Below, piece after piece: positions 47,852-64,000 of a DNA stretch of 64,000 nt. The stretch is from an uncultured Candidatus Berkelbacteria bacterium. Lineage in GTDB: Bacteria > Patescibacteriota > UBA1384 > UBA12157 > JAENIV01. The notes under the pieces are model-generated. The model saw only the letters and a list, made by a program, of their open reading frames with translations. It was not told the origin of the DNA and ran no database searches. The stretch is from assembly GCA_963698075.1 (NCBI GenBank), contig OY969116.1:189492-253491 (forward strand). The letters are read 5' to 3'. The first letter of the stretch is position 1. The number at the start of each line of letters is the position of its first letter. The translations under genes were made by a program, and so were the position numbers.

Positions 47852-48283
47852 CTACGGTTTTCTGGTTATTTCGATGATCATTTCCTGCCTAGCATCGAAG
47901 ATGACGATGGGCTCGTTGAAACCTTCATCGACAACACCAATTGTTTCCCCTAAAAGGACGATTTCGAATACCCCAGGAAGGATCTCACCTTGGAAGTGAC
48001 CGTTGGTATCTGCGTAGAGGTTTTCAGAATTGGCATCTCTGTCGCGGTGTCTGAAAACAATCGTCACATTAGGAACGGGCCGACCGTTTGATTCCCTGAC
48101 AATTCCCTCGACCATACGTGAACCCGGGCCTCTGGGTCTAAAGCCGTTTCCTCTAACCGATATCATCGACTTGACATAATGACCATGCACGTCCCTCAAA
48201 GCAGGTTGCCCAGGCGTAGTCGGAAGCTGCGTCAATCCAATCCAAACCAGGCATACACCCATAAAAGACATCAGGAAAGCCAT
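47852..48283 (-). CDS. exported protein with carboxypeptidase-regulatory-like beta-sandwich domain
   Basis: AGGAGG RBS; VEGIVRESNGRPVPNVTI...ADTNGHF...LPGVFEI; TTGACT-17-TACGAT promoter. Confidence 0.75.
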   Translation of the reverse strand: MAFLMSFMGVCLVWIGLTQLPTTPGQPALRDVHGHYVKSMISVRGNGFRPRGPGSRMVEGIVRESNGRPVPNVTIVFRHRDRDANSENLYADTNGHFQGEILPGVFEIVLLGETIGVVDEGFNEPIVIFDARQEMIIEITRKP

Positions 48284-48371
48284 CAGCCAATCCTCCTGTC
48301 GTCCAGATGGAAATATCGTACCTGAAAATATAAATAAAGTCAAGCAAAAATGCTAAAAATCGGATGATTCC

Positions 48372-49265
48372 TTACGACTTTTTGACTAACGCCAAATAGG
48401 TCAAGGTTAAAACCGTTGAATAAAAGGTGTTAAAAATACCAGCAACAATCACCAGTGCCGCCAAGAAAATCAAACCAATCGTGACGCCATAAATAATGCT
48501 AACTAAAGGACTGGCTAAAAACATCCCAAAACCGATAGCCAATAAAATCCCGCCAACAATCAAGATGGCCAGCATATAGGCAATACCAAAGCCAAGACTT
48601 ATGGCAAATAAAAGTAAATACATCACCACCACTTCTTTCCAAAAATCGCGAAAGAAATGTAAAGAGCCGCGGATACTTTCCCAGATCCCATCATCTTTTA
48701 AAACTACCATCCGTAAAGAATAGGGCAAAATTAGGCCAACCAGAATCCAAAAAGCGATCGAGACAAACAAGAGCAATATCCCCCAGATTAGAGCCAAGAC
48801 CCACTGACCAAAAACAAACAAAAAGATCGAGGGCCCAAGCAAGACTACCAAAGAAGCCAAAACCATTAAGGTATAAAGAACCAACACTCCTAAAATTCGC
48901 CAAAAATGATGGCTGCCGATCTTAAAACCATCGCCGAAATTACTTTTTTTACCCCCAGCAATCTTGTCAACTGAACCGATTAATCCCCCTTGGCTGATGA
49001 TATTGAGGATAAATAAAATGATTGCCAACCCAGCACAAATTAGCAAACAAGTAATTATCAGGCCGCCCCAGATTTGCCAAAAACTGGCAAAACTTGAATA
49101 TGGCAATTTGTTGGTCCAATCCGAGCTATTGGTCGTATAATTGCCAAAATTGGAATTGAGACCTCGAAAACCACCGTACCCACCGGCTAAAATCCCAAAA
49201 ATCCAGAGGAATTTGTGCTTAATGCTAATTTCGTAAGCTCTTTTGATAATGCCTAAATAGTCCAT
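48372..49265 (-). CDS. multi-pass membrane protein (GDPD membrane-domain-like, common in CPR)
   Basis: KHKFLWIFGILAG, ~6 TM. Confidence 0.8.
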   Translation of the reverse strand: MDYLGIIKRAYEISIKHKFLWIFGILAGGYGGFRGLNSNFGNYTTNSSDWTNKLPYSSFASFWQIWGGLIITCLLICAGLAIILFILNIISQGGLIGSVDKIAGGKKSNFGDGFKIGSHHFWRILGVLVLYTLMVLASLVVLLGPSIFLFVFGQWVLALIWGILLLFVSIAFWILVGLILPYSLRMVVLKDDGIWESIRGSLHFFRDFWKEVVVMYLLLFAISLGFGIAYMLAILIVGGILLAIGFGMFLASPLVSIIYGVTIGLIFLAALVIVAGIFNTFYSTVLTLTYLALVKKS

Positions 49266-49298
49266 AATTTCACCTCAACTCTAATATAGCACAAATTC

Positions 49299-49327
49299 TT
49301 GACATTTTCATCACTTTATGGTATAAT
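49299..49327 (+). promoter_or_regulatory. consensus sigma70 promoter
   Basis: TTGACA-17-TATAAT with extended TG. Confidence 0.85.
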
Positions 49328-49335
49328 CTCGGGTT

Positions 49336-49503
49336 ATGAATATCATCCTTGTTTTAATTTTAATGTTTTTTGCCAGCGCCTTGACGAGTTTTCTTATCTC
49401 CTGCGCTTGCTTAAGTTTGGCCACCAAAATCAGGGCTAATTTGTGGATTTTAATGATGATTGTCGGCATATTCATCCTTAGTTGGATAAGGTTGGCGATT
49501 TAA
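49336..49503 (+). CDS. small hydrophobic 2-TM protein (55 aa), probably leaderless
   Basis: MNIILVLILMFFASALTSFLISCACLSLATKIRANLWILMMIVGIFILSWIRLAI; ATG 8 nt after the -10 box. Confidence 0.65.
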   Translation: MNIILVLILMFFASALTSFLISCACLSLATKIRANLWILMMIVGIFILSWIRLAI

Positions 49504-49507
49504 AAAT

Positions 49508-49564
49508 CTCCTGAAGGGAAAATTGGTGGCGCGATATGACCGCCAGCAGTTTCTCCTTCGGGAG
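49508..49564 (+). repeat. leader hairpin repeat, copy 1
   Basis: CCTGAAGGGAAAATTGGTGG...GCAGTTTCTCCTTCGGGAG identical to blocks at 50325-50392. Confidence 0.85.
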
Positions 49565-49630
49565 CTTACCAGGCAGGCTTTACCTAGTAAGGCACGCTTG
49601 GAAGAGAAGCACAAGAGGAGGCAGGCTTCC

Positions 49631-50170
49631 ATGTCGGAGGCAAGCTTCGGTGAGCAGTCAAGTTGGGAAGATGTCGGTCGTCTTCTGACACAACTGGGGG
49701 CGTTCTTCAGGAAGGCCGCGCGTAGACTCGATTCAGAGTTCCTCCAAGCCTTCACTGACTTCACTCCCTTTAGGGAGGCAGTCGCTGCGACCTATCGGAA
49801 ATGGGCACTACGACTGGTGCAGGAAGCCTTCGGTGTCTGGGTCCTGGAGAGCAGGTGGGCCCAACTCAGGGTATACGACCAACGCAAAACCCCCACTCAT
49901 GTCATGGAGGCCATGAGGGCGCTCGAGAGGATGGTCAAAGACGGCCGCGAGGGGCCCAAGCTTCACGTCCAAGATCATCATTTCACAACTCGAAGCTGCA
50001 GCACCAACATCGTCCAGGTGCTCTTCGCGAATAATCGCGTGCTCTATGTCAGATTCGGAGAGCGTGGAGACGTCTACTGGGATATCTACGGCGCAGCCGT
50101 CTGCCCCATCACCGGTGATGGACCATGTGAGCTCGAAGACATGGTCGCGGCCGTCAAACGCCTCTTCTGA
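49631..50170 (+). CDS. hypothetical protein (179 aa)
   Basis: GAGGAGG RBS, GC-rich codons, hairpin at 50187-50220. Confidence 0.75.
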   Translation: MSEASFGEQSSWEDVGRLLTQLGAFFRKAARRLDSEFLQAFTDFTPFREAVAATYRKWALRLVQEAFGVWVLESRWAQLRVYDQRKTPTHVMEAMRALERMVKDGREGPKLHVQDHHFTTRSCSTNIVQVLFANNRVLYVRFGERGDVYWDIYGAAVCPITGDGPCELEDMVAAVKRLF

Positions 50171-50251
50171 CCCTATCTCGAACCCAAGACCGCCGGAGCG
50201 GTTAATTGCGCCGGCGGTCTCTCATATCTAGAGAGCTTTCTATACCATGGA

Positions 50252-50280
50252 TTGACAAAGGAACAGCTTTATGCTACACT
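50252..50280 (+). promoter_or_regulatory. sigma70 promoter
   Basis: TTGACA-17-TACACT with extended TG. Confidence 0.8.
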
Positions 50281-50324
50281 CAAGGAGTTTTGAAGCTGAA
50301 GAATAGTCCGCCAGTCGGCGGATT

Positions 50325-50392
50325 TCCCCTGAAGGGAAAATTGGTGGTGATATCATTATTGGATTATCGCCGGCAGTTTCTCCTTCGGGAGA
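50325..50392 (+). repeat. leader hairpin repeat, copy 2
   Basis: Same outer blocks as 49508-49564, longer inner stem. Confidence 0.85.
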
Positions 50393-50437
50393 CGGGTGTA
50401 TCCCGGAAACAACACCGCTTAACAATTGAGGGATAAC

Positions 50438-51028
50438 ATGCGAGCCTTCGTACGGGGCACACTCTGGACATTGCTGGTGTTGGGCGCCATCGTGGCGGCC
50501 TTCTACGCCAGCATCAAGTACCTAGATGGCGCCTGCTGTCTGGGACTGGAACTCCTGATGGTATTGATCGCTTCTCTGGTCCTCGGCATCGTCCCGGCGG
50601 CGGTCATCGATCTGTTCTTCGCGAAGATCGTCAGGCGCCCCAGGTGGGGAGCAATCGGATTCTACACCGTACTCGGTGCCGTTTTCATCTTCATCCTGGT
50701 ACCGCAGCTCGGTATGACCCACAAGTTGGTACCCTTGGCGCGCAACTTCCACCAAGCGTGCCAGGCCGATCACCGGGAATACCAGTCGGATGACCCCGAG
50801 GTAGTCGTGGCTGATTTCGGCGGCTCGCTGGACAACATCACGTTCGAACGTGACGACGTCCTGCGGGCCGACCAGTATCTCGGCCTCGGCGGGTGGCACT
50901 ACAAGAATAGTAGCGCTACAGTCGGGATGCTGTACCTCTACACCTACCTCCCCAAGACGACTTTCGATCGGTGGTTCCCCGACCCTTACCGGCCGGCGGA
51001 ATCCCAAGAAGCAAAGGGGCGTGGCTGA
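50438..51028 (+). CDS. hypothetical membrane protein (3 TM plus soluble domain)
   Basis: GAGGG RBS, very GC-rich codons. Confidence 0.8.
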   Translation: MRAFVRGTLWTLLVLGAIVAAFYASIKYLDGACCLGLELLMVLIASLVLGIVPAAVIDLFFAKIVRRPRWGAIGFYTVLGAVFIFILVPQLGMTHKLVPLARNFHQACQADHREYQSDDPEVVVADFGGSLDNITFERDDVLRADQYLGLGGWHYKNSSATVGMLYLYTYLPKTTFDRWFPDPYRPAESQEAKGRG

Positions 51029-51112
51029 CGCCACGCCCCGACGTACCCTTCTTACGGAAAAAGTGACTGCGAAATATCGTCGTTACTTTCTCCGCAAAAG
51101 AAGTCTTATACA

Positions 51113-51140
51113 AAAAAACCGCCCAAAGAGCGGTCTTTTT
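51113..51140. terminator. bidirectional terminator after fusA
   Basis: A-tract, ACCGC...GCGGT stem, T-tract. Confidence 0.7.
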
Positions 51141-51163
51141 CTTTATTATTTTCGTTTTTTACC

Positions 51164-53263
51164 TTATTTTTGTTTCCCCTCAATAATCTTTTGCGCTATA
51201 TGACGAGGCACTTCGGCGTAGTGGGAAAATTCCATAGTGAAGCTTGCCCGGCCTTGGGACATACTCCGTAAAGAAGTGGCGTAGCCAAACATTTCCGCCA
51301 AAGGCACTTCGCCGTCAATCACCTTCATTTTCGCTCGATCCGACATTTCTTTAATATGAGTTCTCTTAGAATTTAAATCCCCCAAAACATCACCCATAAA
51401 ATCTTCTGGCACGACGACTTCAATCCGCATAATTGGCTCCAATAAAACCGGATTGGCTTTTTTAACTCCGGCCTGCAAAGCAAGTGAGCCGGCAATTTGG
51501 AAGGCAATTTCCGAAGAATCAACTTCGTGAAAAGAGCCGTCGTACAAAGTTGTTGACATATCCACCAACGGATAGCCGGCAATCACGCCTCGGGTCATTG
51601 CTTCTTTAATCCCCTTTTCCACTGCCGGAATAAATTCTTTAGGAATTGTGCCGCCGACAATTTTATCGATAAATTCAAAACCTTTGCCGCGTTCCATTGG
51701 GTTTAATTCTAACCAAACATGGCCGTATTGACCGCGGCCGCCTGTTTGACGGATATATTTACCTTCAGCTTTAATACCGAGCGCTTTGATCGTTTCTTTG
51801 TAAGCAACTTGCGGGGCGCCGACATTGGCCTCAACTTTAAATTCCCGTTTCATCCGGTCAACAATAATTTCCAAATGTAGCTCGCCCATGCCGGAAATAA
51901 TTGTCTGACCGGTTTCCGGATCGCCTTTGACCCGAAAGGTCGGATCTTCTTGAGCTAAGCGATTTAAAGCAATGCCCATTTTTTCCTGATCCTGCTTGGT
52001 TTTTGGTTCAATCGCCACACCAATTACGGGCTCTGGGAAAGTAATTGCCTCCAAAATTATTGGCGATTTTTCGTCACATAAAGTATCGCCGGTAGTAGTA
52101 TCTTTTAGGCCCACAGCCGCGGCAATTTCGCCGGCAAAAACTTCGCTGACTTCTTCGCGATGTTGAGCATGCATTCTGACAATTCGGCCGATGCGTTCTT
52201 TTTTGTCTTTAGAAGAATTAAGGACATATGTGCCGGCTTTTAACATCCCAGAATAAACTCTAAAAAAAGTTAAAGTCCCAACAAATGGATCAGCAGCGAC
52301 TTTAAAAGCCAAAGCGGCGAATGGTTCGGCGTCATCGGGCGATCTTTCGAGTTCTTCTTCGGTTCTTGGCTTCCAGCCCTTGACTGGGGGAATATCGAGC
52401 GGTGAAGGCAAATATTCAACCACTGCATCCAAAACCTGCTGCACGCCTTTGTTTTTTAGGGCTGACCCACAGAAAACTGGTACTAATTTATTGGCAATGG
52501 TGGCATTTCGAGAACTTTTTTTAATTCTTCATAGGTCGGTTTTTGACCTTCTAAATATTTATGGAGTAACTCATCATCTTGCTCGGCGATTTTTTCGACT
52601 AAAATTTGATGGAGTTTTTCCGCTTTTTCTTTGAAGCTCCGCCGGGATTTCGAGTTCTTTAACATCTTGACCTTTATCGCCATGGAATTCATAAGCTTTC
52701 ATTTTCAAAACATCGATCACTTGCGAAAATTTTTCTTCATGGGCGTTGGGGAATTGGATGGCAACGGCGTTGTCAGTTAAACGTTCTTTAATTGAATCAA
52801 ATGACTTATTAAAATCTGCGCCCATGCGGTCAAGTTTATTAATAAAACAAATCCGTGGCACCCCGAATTTATCCGCCTGATGCCAAACCGTTTCCGATTG
52901 CGGCTCAACCCCGGCAACGCCGTCAAAAACCACGATCGCGCCATCAAGAACGCGCAAAGAGCGCTGGACTTCGGCGGTAAAATCAATGTGACCGGGAGTA
53001 TCGATAATATTAAAGCGAATTTTTTCTCGAGGATTATCACGGCTGGCCCAAAAACAAGTGGTGGCGGCTGAAGTAATCGTAATTCCCCGCTCGCGCTCCT
53101 GGGCCATCCAGTCCATCACGGCCGCCCCTTCGTGAACTTCGCCGATTTTATAGGTTTTGCCGGTATAAAACAGAACCCGCTCGGTCATCGTCGTCTTCCC
53201 AGCGTCGATATGGGCAATGATGCCAAAATTACGGGTTTTTTCAAGTGAATATTCTCGTGCCAT
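51164..53263 (-). CDS. fusA: elongation factor G (indels near 52480-52630)
   Basis: [30 protein letters not shown]. Confidence 0.97.
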
Positions 53264-53304
53264 AATCTCCGATTTAAATTAAAAATTTCCCCTTTGTCTC
53301 TCTT

Positions 53305-53333
53305 ATTTTATCAAAGAAATTGGATGAAGTCAA
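53305..53333 (-). promoter_or_regulatory. sigma70 promoter for fusA
   Basis: TTGACT-17-TAAAAT. Confidence 0.75.
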
Positions 53334-53404
53334 CTAAAATACCACCATATTTCAGGTGGCATTTTAGCTTTTGGTTAACCAAAAATCTCTTTTTGCCAGA
53401 AAAT

Positions 53405-53689
53405 CTACTGCTTGGCCGCGGCTCCCGGAATGGTTCCTTTTTTGCGGCCGATGATCAAATAGAGAATCGGCCCGATCCAAGCAATCAAGATGATAAGAAC
53501 CAGCCAGAGAATCTTGTCATTTGGGTTGGTAAACTGGCGGCGAATGCAGTCTATCAGGGCCCAAAGCCATAAGATGAACCCCACGCCCGCAAAAATCACC
53601 CAGAAAATTACCCAGCCGATGACCAAAGTTCCGGCCACAGCAGTGGCAGCCGCCGCTGCCGCGGGATCATAACTTGCAGAATAGTCCAT
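53405..53689 (-). CDS. PLDc N-terminal-domain small membrane protein
   Basis: WLWALIDCIRR...KILWLVLII...IGPILYLIIGRK. Confidence 0.85.
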   Translation of the reverse strand: MDYSASYDPAAAAAATAVAGTLVIGWVIFWVIFAGVGFILWLWALIDCIRRQFTNPNDKILWLVLIILIAWIGPILYLIIGRKKGTIPGAAAKQ

Positions 53690-53765
53690 TAAACCTCCTT
53701 TTTTCTCGACCTAATTACAGTTTCGCATAAGATAAAAAATTTGTCAAATCTAATGTCTTTTAAGC

Positions 53766-53794
53766 TTGACTTTTACCATAAAATATGGTATAAT
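53766..53794 (+). promoter_or_regulatory. sigma70 promoter
   Basis: TTGACT-17-TATAAT with extended TG. Confidence 0.85.
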
Positions 53795-53905
53795 CCTTAT
53801 GTCAGAGCATCGCTCGGGTATAACCTGTAGCCTGCTCGGCTAACCCACTCACCGATCAATGGCCCTATGGGGACCGGAGACGGAAAGAAGAAAGGGAGAA
53901 GTGAG

Positions 53906-54379
53906 ATGTCTAGCATTCGAGTCGTCGGACCCGACGGACGTCCTGTTTCTGAAGAGCAGTACCCCATGGATGGACCAGCCCCAAAGTTGGAAAATGGGCA
54001 GAGTTTCTCGCTCTTCGAGATCCTCTCGAACCCAATCTTCATCAATGGAACGCCACTGGAACACATCCACGGAACGGCCCGAGCAACGCTGTATCCCCGG
54101 AACACTGCCGTCTGTAAGGATCGAGTGCGCTATTTCGAGCTCAGCATCCGGTCGCGGAGCTGGGACGATATGATCGCGCTCTTCCACGAAGTCCGTAGGC
54201 TCGTCTACAGCTATGAGCCGCTAATACACAAGCCGGCGCCGCCCGCACCGCCGAAGCCGGAGGATCCGTCCTTCATGGGCGGCATCAAGTGGCTGATCCG
54301 CGGAATCTGGTATGATGTCTGCCGCGTCTGGCTCTACTGCGGCCACATCTTGGACCGAGCCTACGAAGACGGCGTGTAG
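53906..54379 (+). CDS. hypothetical protein (157 aa)
   Basis: GGGAG RBS, GC-rich codons, hairpin at 54403-54429. Confidence 0.75.
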   Translation: MSSIRVVGPDGRPVSEEQYPMDGPAPKLENGQSFSLFEILSNPIFINGTPLEHIHGTARATLYPRNTAVCKDRVRYFELSIRSRSWDDMIALFHEVRRLVYSYEPLIHKPAPPAPPKPEDPSFMGGIKWLIRGIWYDVCRVWLYCGHILDRAYEDGV

Positions 54380-54518
54380 AGTAGTCAACCGACCGCTTCA
54401 CTGGGGCGCCCTCTTCCGAGGGCGCCCTTCTCATATCTGAAATACTTTTTTTATTACCAGAAAAGATTCCGTCAGGAATCTTTCTTCATAATCTTATGAG
54501 ATTTTCCAATTTTAAAAA

Positions 54519-54989
54519 TCAAAATCTTGCATAGTGCGCAAAAGCCTTATTGGCTTCGGCCATTTTATGCATATTTTCTTTTTGTTTGATTGAAACGCCA
54601 GTATTGCCGTAAGCCGCTAAAATTTCGTCCGCTAAGAGTTTCTCAAAATTGGCACCTTGACCTTTGCGGGCAGTCTTAATCATCCAGCGCATCGCCAAGG
54701 TTTGGCCGCGATCGCCACCAACCTCAACCGGTACTTGATAAGTCGCCCCACCGATGCGGCGGGGTTTGACTTCCAATAAGGGAGTGGCGTTCTTTAAGGC
54801 CGCTTCAAAAATCTCGAGCGGTTCTTTACTGGTTTTATCTTTTAAAATGTCAAAAGAGCCATAAACAAGCTTTCGGGCGGTTTCTTTCTGCCCCCTCAGC
54901 ATCACTTTATTGATAAACTTGGCCACTGTCACCGATTGGTATTTGGGATCCGGGTTCAATTTTCTTTTTTTGGCTCTTTTACCTCTCAT
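54519..54989 (-). CDS. rpsG: 30S ribosomal protein S7
   Basis: RRIGGATYQVP, HKMAEANKAFAH. Confidence 0.98.
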   Translation of the reverse strand: MRGKRAKKRKLNPDPKYQSVTVAKFINKVMLRGQKETARKLVYGSFDILKDKTSKEPLEIFEAALKNATPLLEVKPRRIGGATYQVPVEVGGDRGQTLAMRWMIKTARKGQGANFEKLLADEILAAYGNTGVSIKQKENMHKMAEANKAFAHYARF

Positions 54990-54991
54990 CT

Positions 54992-55474
54992 TTAACCTTC
55001 CGTAGTTACCGGCTGCTCAGGAGAAGCAGCCGGAGCGGCGACTTTTCTTTGAACACCCGCCGCGCCCTTTTTCGTCCCATACTTAGAACGACCTTGAAGC
55101 CGACCTTCAACCCCAGCGGTATCGAATTTTCCTCTAACAATATGATAACGAACTCCAGGAAGGTCCTTGACTCTACCGCCGCGAATCAAAACCACAGCGT
55201 GTTCTTGCAAATTATGGCCTTCTCCAGGAATATAGGCAGTCACTTCTTGGCCCGAGGTTAGTCTCACTCGAGCAATTTTTCTTAGAGCGGAATTAGGTTT
55301 TTTGGGCGTCACCGTTGTCACTTTCACGCAGACGCCACGTAAAAACGGCCGACCTTTGACAAACTCAACTGGTCGGTTTTTTAAAAAATTAAAACCACGC
55401 CGCAGTGCCGGCGTTTTTGTCCGCTTAATCTTTGACTTTCTTCCTTTTTTTAAAAGTTGTTGAACAGTAGGCAT
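54992..55474 (-). CDS. rpsL: 30S ribosomal protein S12
   Basis: [22 protein letters not shown]. Confidence 0.98.
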   Translation of the reverse strand: MPTVQQLLKKGRKSKIKRTKTPALRRGFNFLKNRPVEFVKGRPFLRGVCVKVTTVTPKKPNSALRKIARVRLTSGQEVTAYIPGEGHNLQEHAVVLIRGGRVKDLPGVRYHIVRGKFDTAGVEGRLQGRSKYGTKKGAAGVQRKVAAPAASPEQPVTTEG

Positions 55475-55489
55475 AAATTTAGTTGTTAG

Positions 55490-62612
<7,123 letters not shown>

Positions 62613-62765
62613 TAAGTTTCTCCTTTAGTCCCGATTAGCGGGCTTAGAACACCAAAAGAATTCAACAACAGCAATAAATACACAGCAAGCTCTGCTGCAT
62701 GGCGGCAGATGATTTAAAGTTTGCGATTAATTCTTTCCACCCTTTAAAATTATCTTTCTGTATTT

Positions 62766-62794
62766 ATTTTAAAACAAGTCTTAATTTTTGTCAA
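62766..62794 (-). promoter_or_regulatory. sigma70 promoter for rpoB
   Basis: TTGACA-17-TAAAAT. Confidence 0.8.
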
Positions 62795-62905
62795 GTGCCT
62801 TTGTTTACTGCCAATAATTACTACCCGTTACACTCGCACTTGACCCAGGCACCCCCCTTAGGGCGATCATATTTTAGATTTGGTATTTAGCTGGGATCAA
62901 CCTTT

Positions 62906-63307
62906 CTATTCGGTCGTTTTGCCGTCAAATTCCGGCGAGCTCTCTTCGGCTTCTTCTTTAGTGGCGCGGACCACGCCGTCTTGGTGGTGAGCCGGCGAAT
63001 AAATGGTGTAGAGCTTGAGACCTTCGGTCTCAGAAATATTGATAACATTGTGATTGGCGCCAGCCGGCACGACCACGGCTACGCCATCTTTAAGATCATA
63101 GACGTTTCCGTCAATCACACACTGGCCTTGCCCTTTTTCAAAGCGGAAAAATTGATCGTTACTGGGGTGGACTTCCATGCCAATTTCTTCTTTGGGCTTT
63201 AAACTCATCAGCACCAACTGACTGTGCTTGGCGGTATAGAGAACCTGGCGAAAATTTTCATTGACCAAGGTCTCTTTTTCAATGTTGGTGGTAAATCCTT
63301 TCATCAT
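62906..63307 (-). CDS. cupin domain protein
   Basis: EIGMEVH..DQFFRFE.G, VPAGANHNVIN, LYTIYSP. Confidence 0.92.
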   Translation of the reverse strand: MMKGFTTNIEKETLVNENFRQVLYTAKHSQLVLMSLKPKEEIGMEVHPSNDQFFRFEKGQGQCVIDGNVYDLKDGVAVVVPAGANHNVINISETEGLKLYTIYSPAHHQDGVVRATKEEAEESSPEFDGKTTE

Positions 63308-63356
63308 GCTCCTTTCTATAAAATATTACTTTTATCTAATTATACTGTAATTTCAC

Positions 63357-63839
63357 TTATAAAATAAAAACTAAAAATAAGACTAAAAAGATAATGGCAA
63401 AAATAATTTTTAAAATGGTTCCGAAAATAGATCCTAAAACGCCAGCCAGTCCTGTTCTGAAGGCCTTTAATAGTTCTTTATATGAAAGAATCTCGCCTAA
63501 GAAAATTCCCAAAAATAATCCTAAAAGGCCGCCAAAGGGCGGAAAAATTAATAGACCGATAATTAATCCTAGGATGCCAAAAAGAAGAGATTTTGCTTTG
63601 GCGCCGCCAATCTTAGCGCCAAGAATCCCGGTAATGTAATCAATTATTTCCGCCACTAAAGCAATTATTCCCAAAATTACCAGTTCAAATATTGATAGAT
63701 GCGTAAAATGATCAAAAAAAGCATACCCGAAAGCGACCAGAAACATAATTAATAAAGATGGGACCACCATTAAAAGCGTGCTCGCCGCGGCGGCTAAAAG
63801 CAAAATTCCCGCCGAAATAGTTAAGACTAAATATGACAT
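63357..63839 (-). CDS. DUF456 (YqgC-like) membrane protein, copy 2
   Basis: Close paralog of 33977-34462. Confidence 0.85.
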   Translation of the reverse strand: MSYLVLTISAGILLLAAAASTLLMVVPSLLIMFLVAFGYAFFDHFTHLSIFELVILGIIALVAEIIDYITGILGAKIGGAKAKSLLFGILGLIIGLLIFPPFGGLLGLFLGIFLGEILSYKELLKAFRTGLAGVLGSIFGTILKIIFAIIFLVLFLVFIL

Positions 63840-63940
63840 TGACTTAATTTTATCACAGACATCTTGACATTTCTTGATTTCAGATTAGAATATGGGTGAA
63901 ACTGCTCCTTGAGAACTTGGGAGCCGAAGGAGAGACTGCA

Positions 63941-64000
63941 GTGCCGACCACCAACCCCTTTACTACTCGCTACGACTTTCGTGAACCGTTCTTGACCGAC
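63941..64000 (+). CDS. start of another solo ORF (runs off window)
   Basis: TTGACA-16-TAGAAT at 63864, AAGGAG RBS, GTG start. Confidence 0.5.
   Translation, partial: MPTTNPFTTRYDFREPFLTD

Noticed and set aside
51143-51180. GKKRK* right after the fusA end GKQK* as another gene-end duplicate
   Set aside because: Too short and A-rich to distinguish from chance
62840-62899. Imperfect inverted repeat TTGACCCAG/CTGGGATCAA downstream of the cupin gene
   Set aside because: Single short IR with no second copy or other support

Overview
This 64-kb window is the core translation/transcription region of a Patescibacteria (CPR) bacterium. The evidence is the rpoBC-str-S10-spc-alpha cluster on the minus strand with rpmD/uL30 absent, an RpoA lacking its C-terminal domain, trimmed AspRS/PheRS, and leuS, rpmF, nusB, rnc, rbfA nearby. 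leuS, rpmF, nusB, fusA, rpoB and rpoC carry indels that look like long-read consensus errors. The conserved cluster is repeatedly interrupted by solo accessory genes, mostly antisense to it, each with its own near-consensus sigma70 promoter and hairpin. Main observations: (1) three tandem, synonymously recoded copies of the secY 3' end, two of them followed by an inverted repeat matched to that copy's own codons at the same distance, plus similar gene-end remnants at tRNA-Ala and leuS; (2) a CYTH + SAMHD1-like HD fusion and a cNMP-binding + AdoHcyase-like fusion on either side of map; (3) an AT-rich island with HEPN, GIY-YIG and Thr1 proteasome-like genes; (4) a ubiquitin-like domain ORFan; (5) two dispersed structured repeat families and a promoter/terminator-bounded rod-like ncRNA candidate; (6) short palindromes and 7-nt repeats inserted in frame in essential genes. 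All calls were made by eye from motifs, with no database searches.
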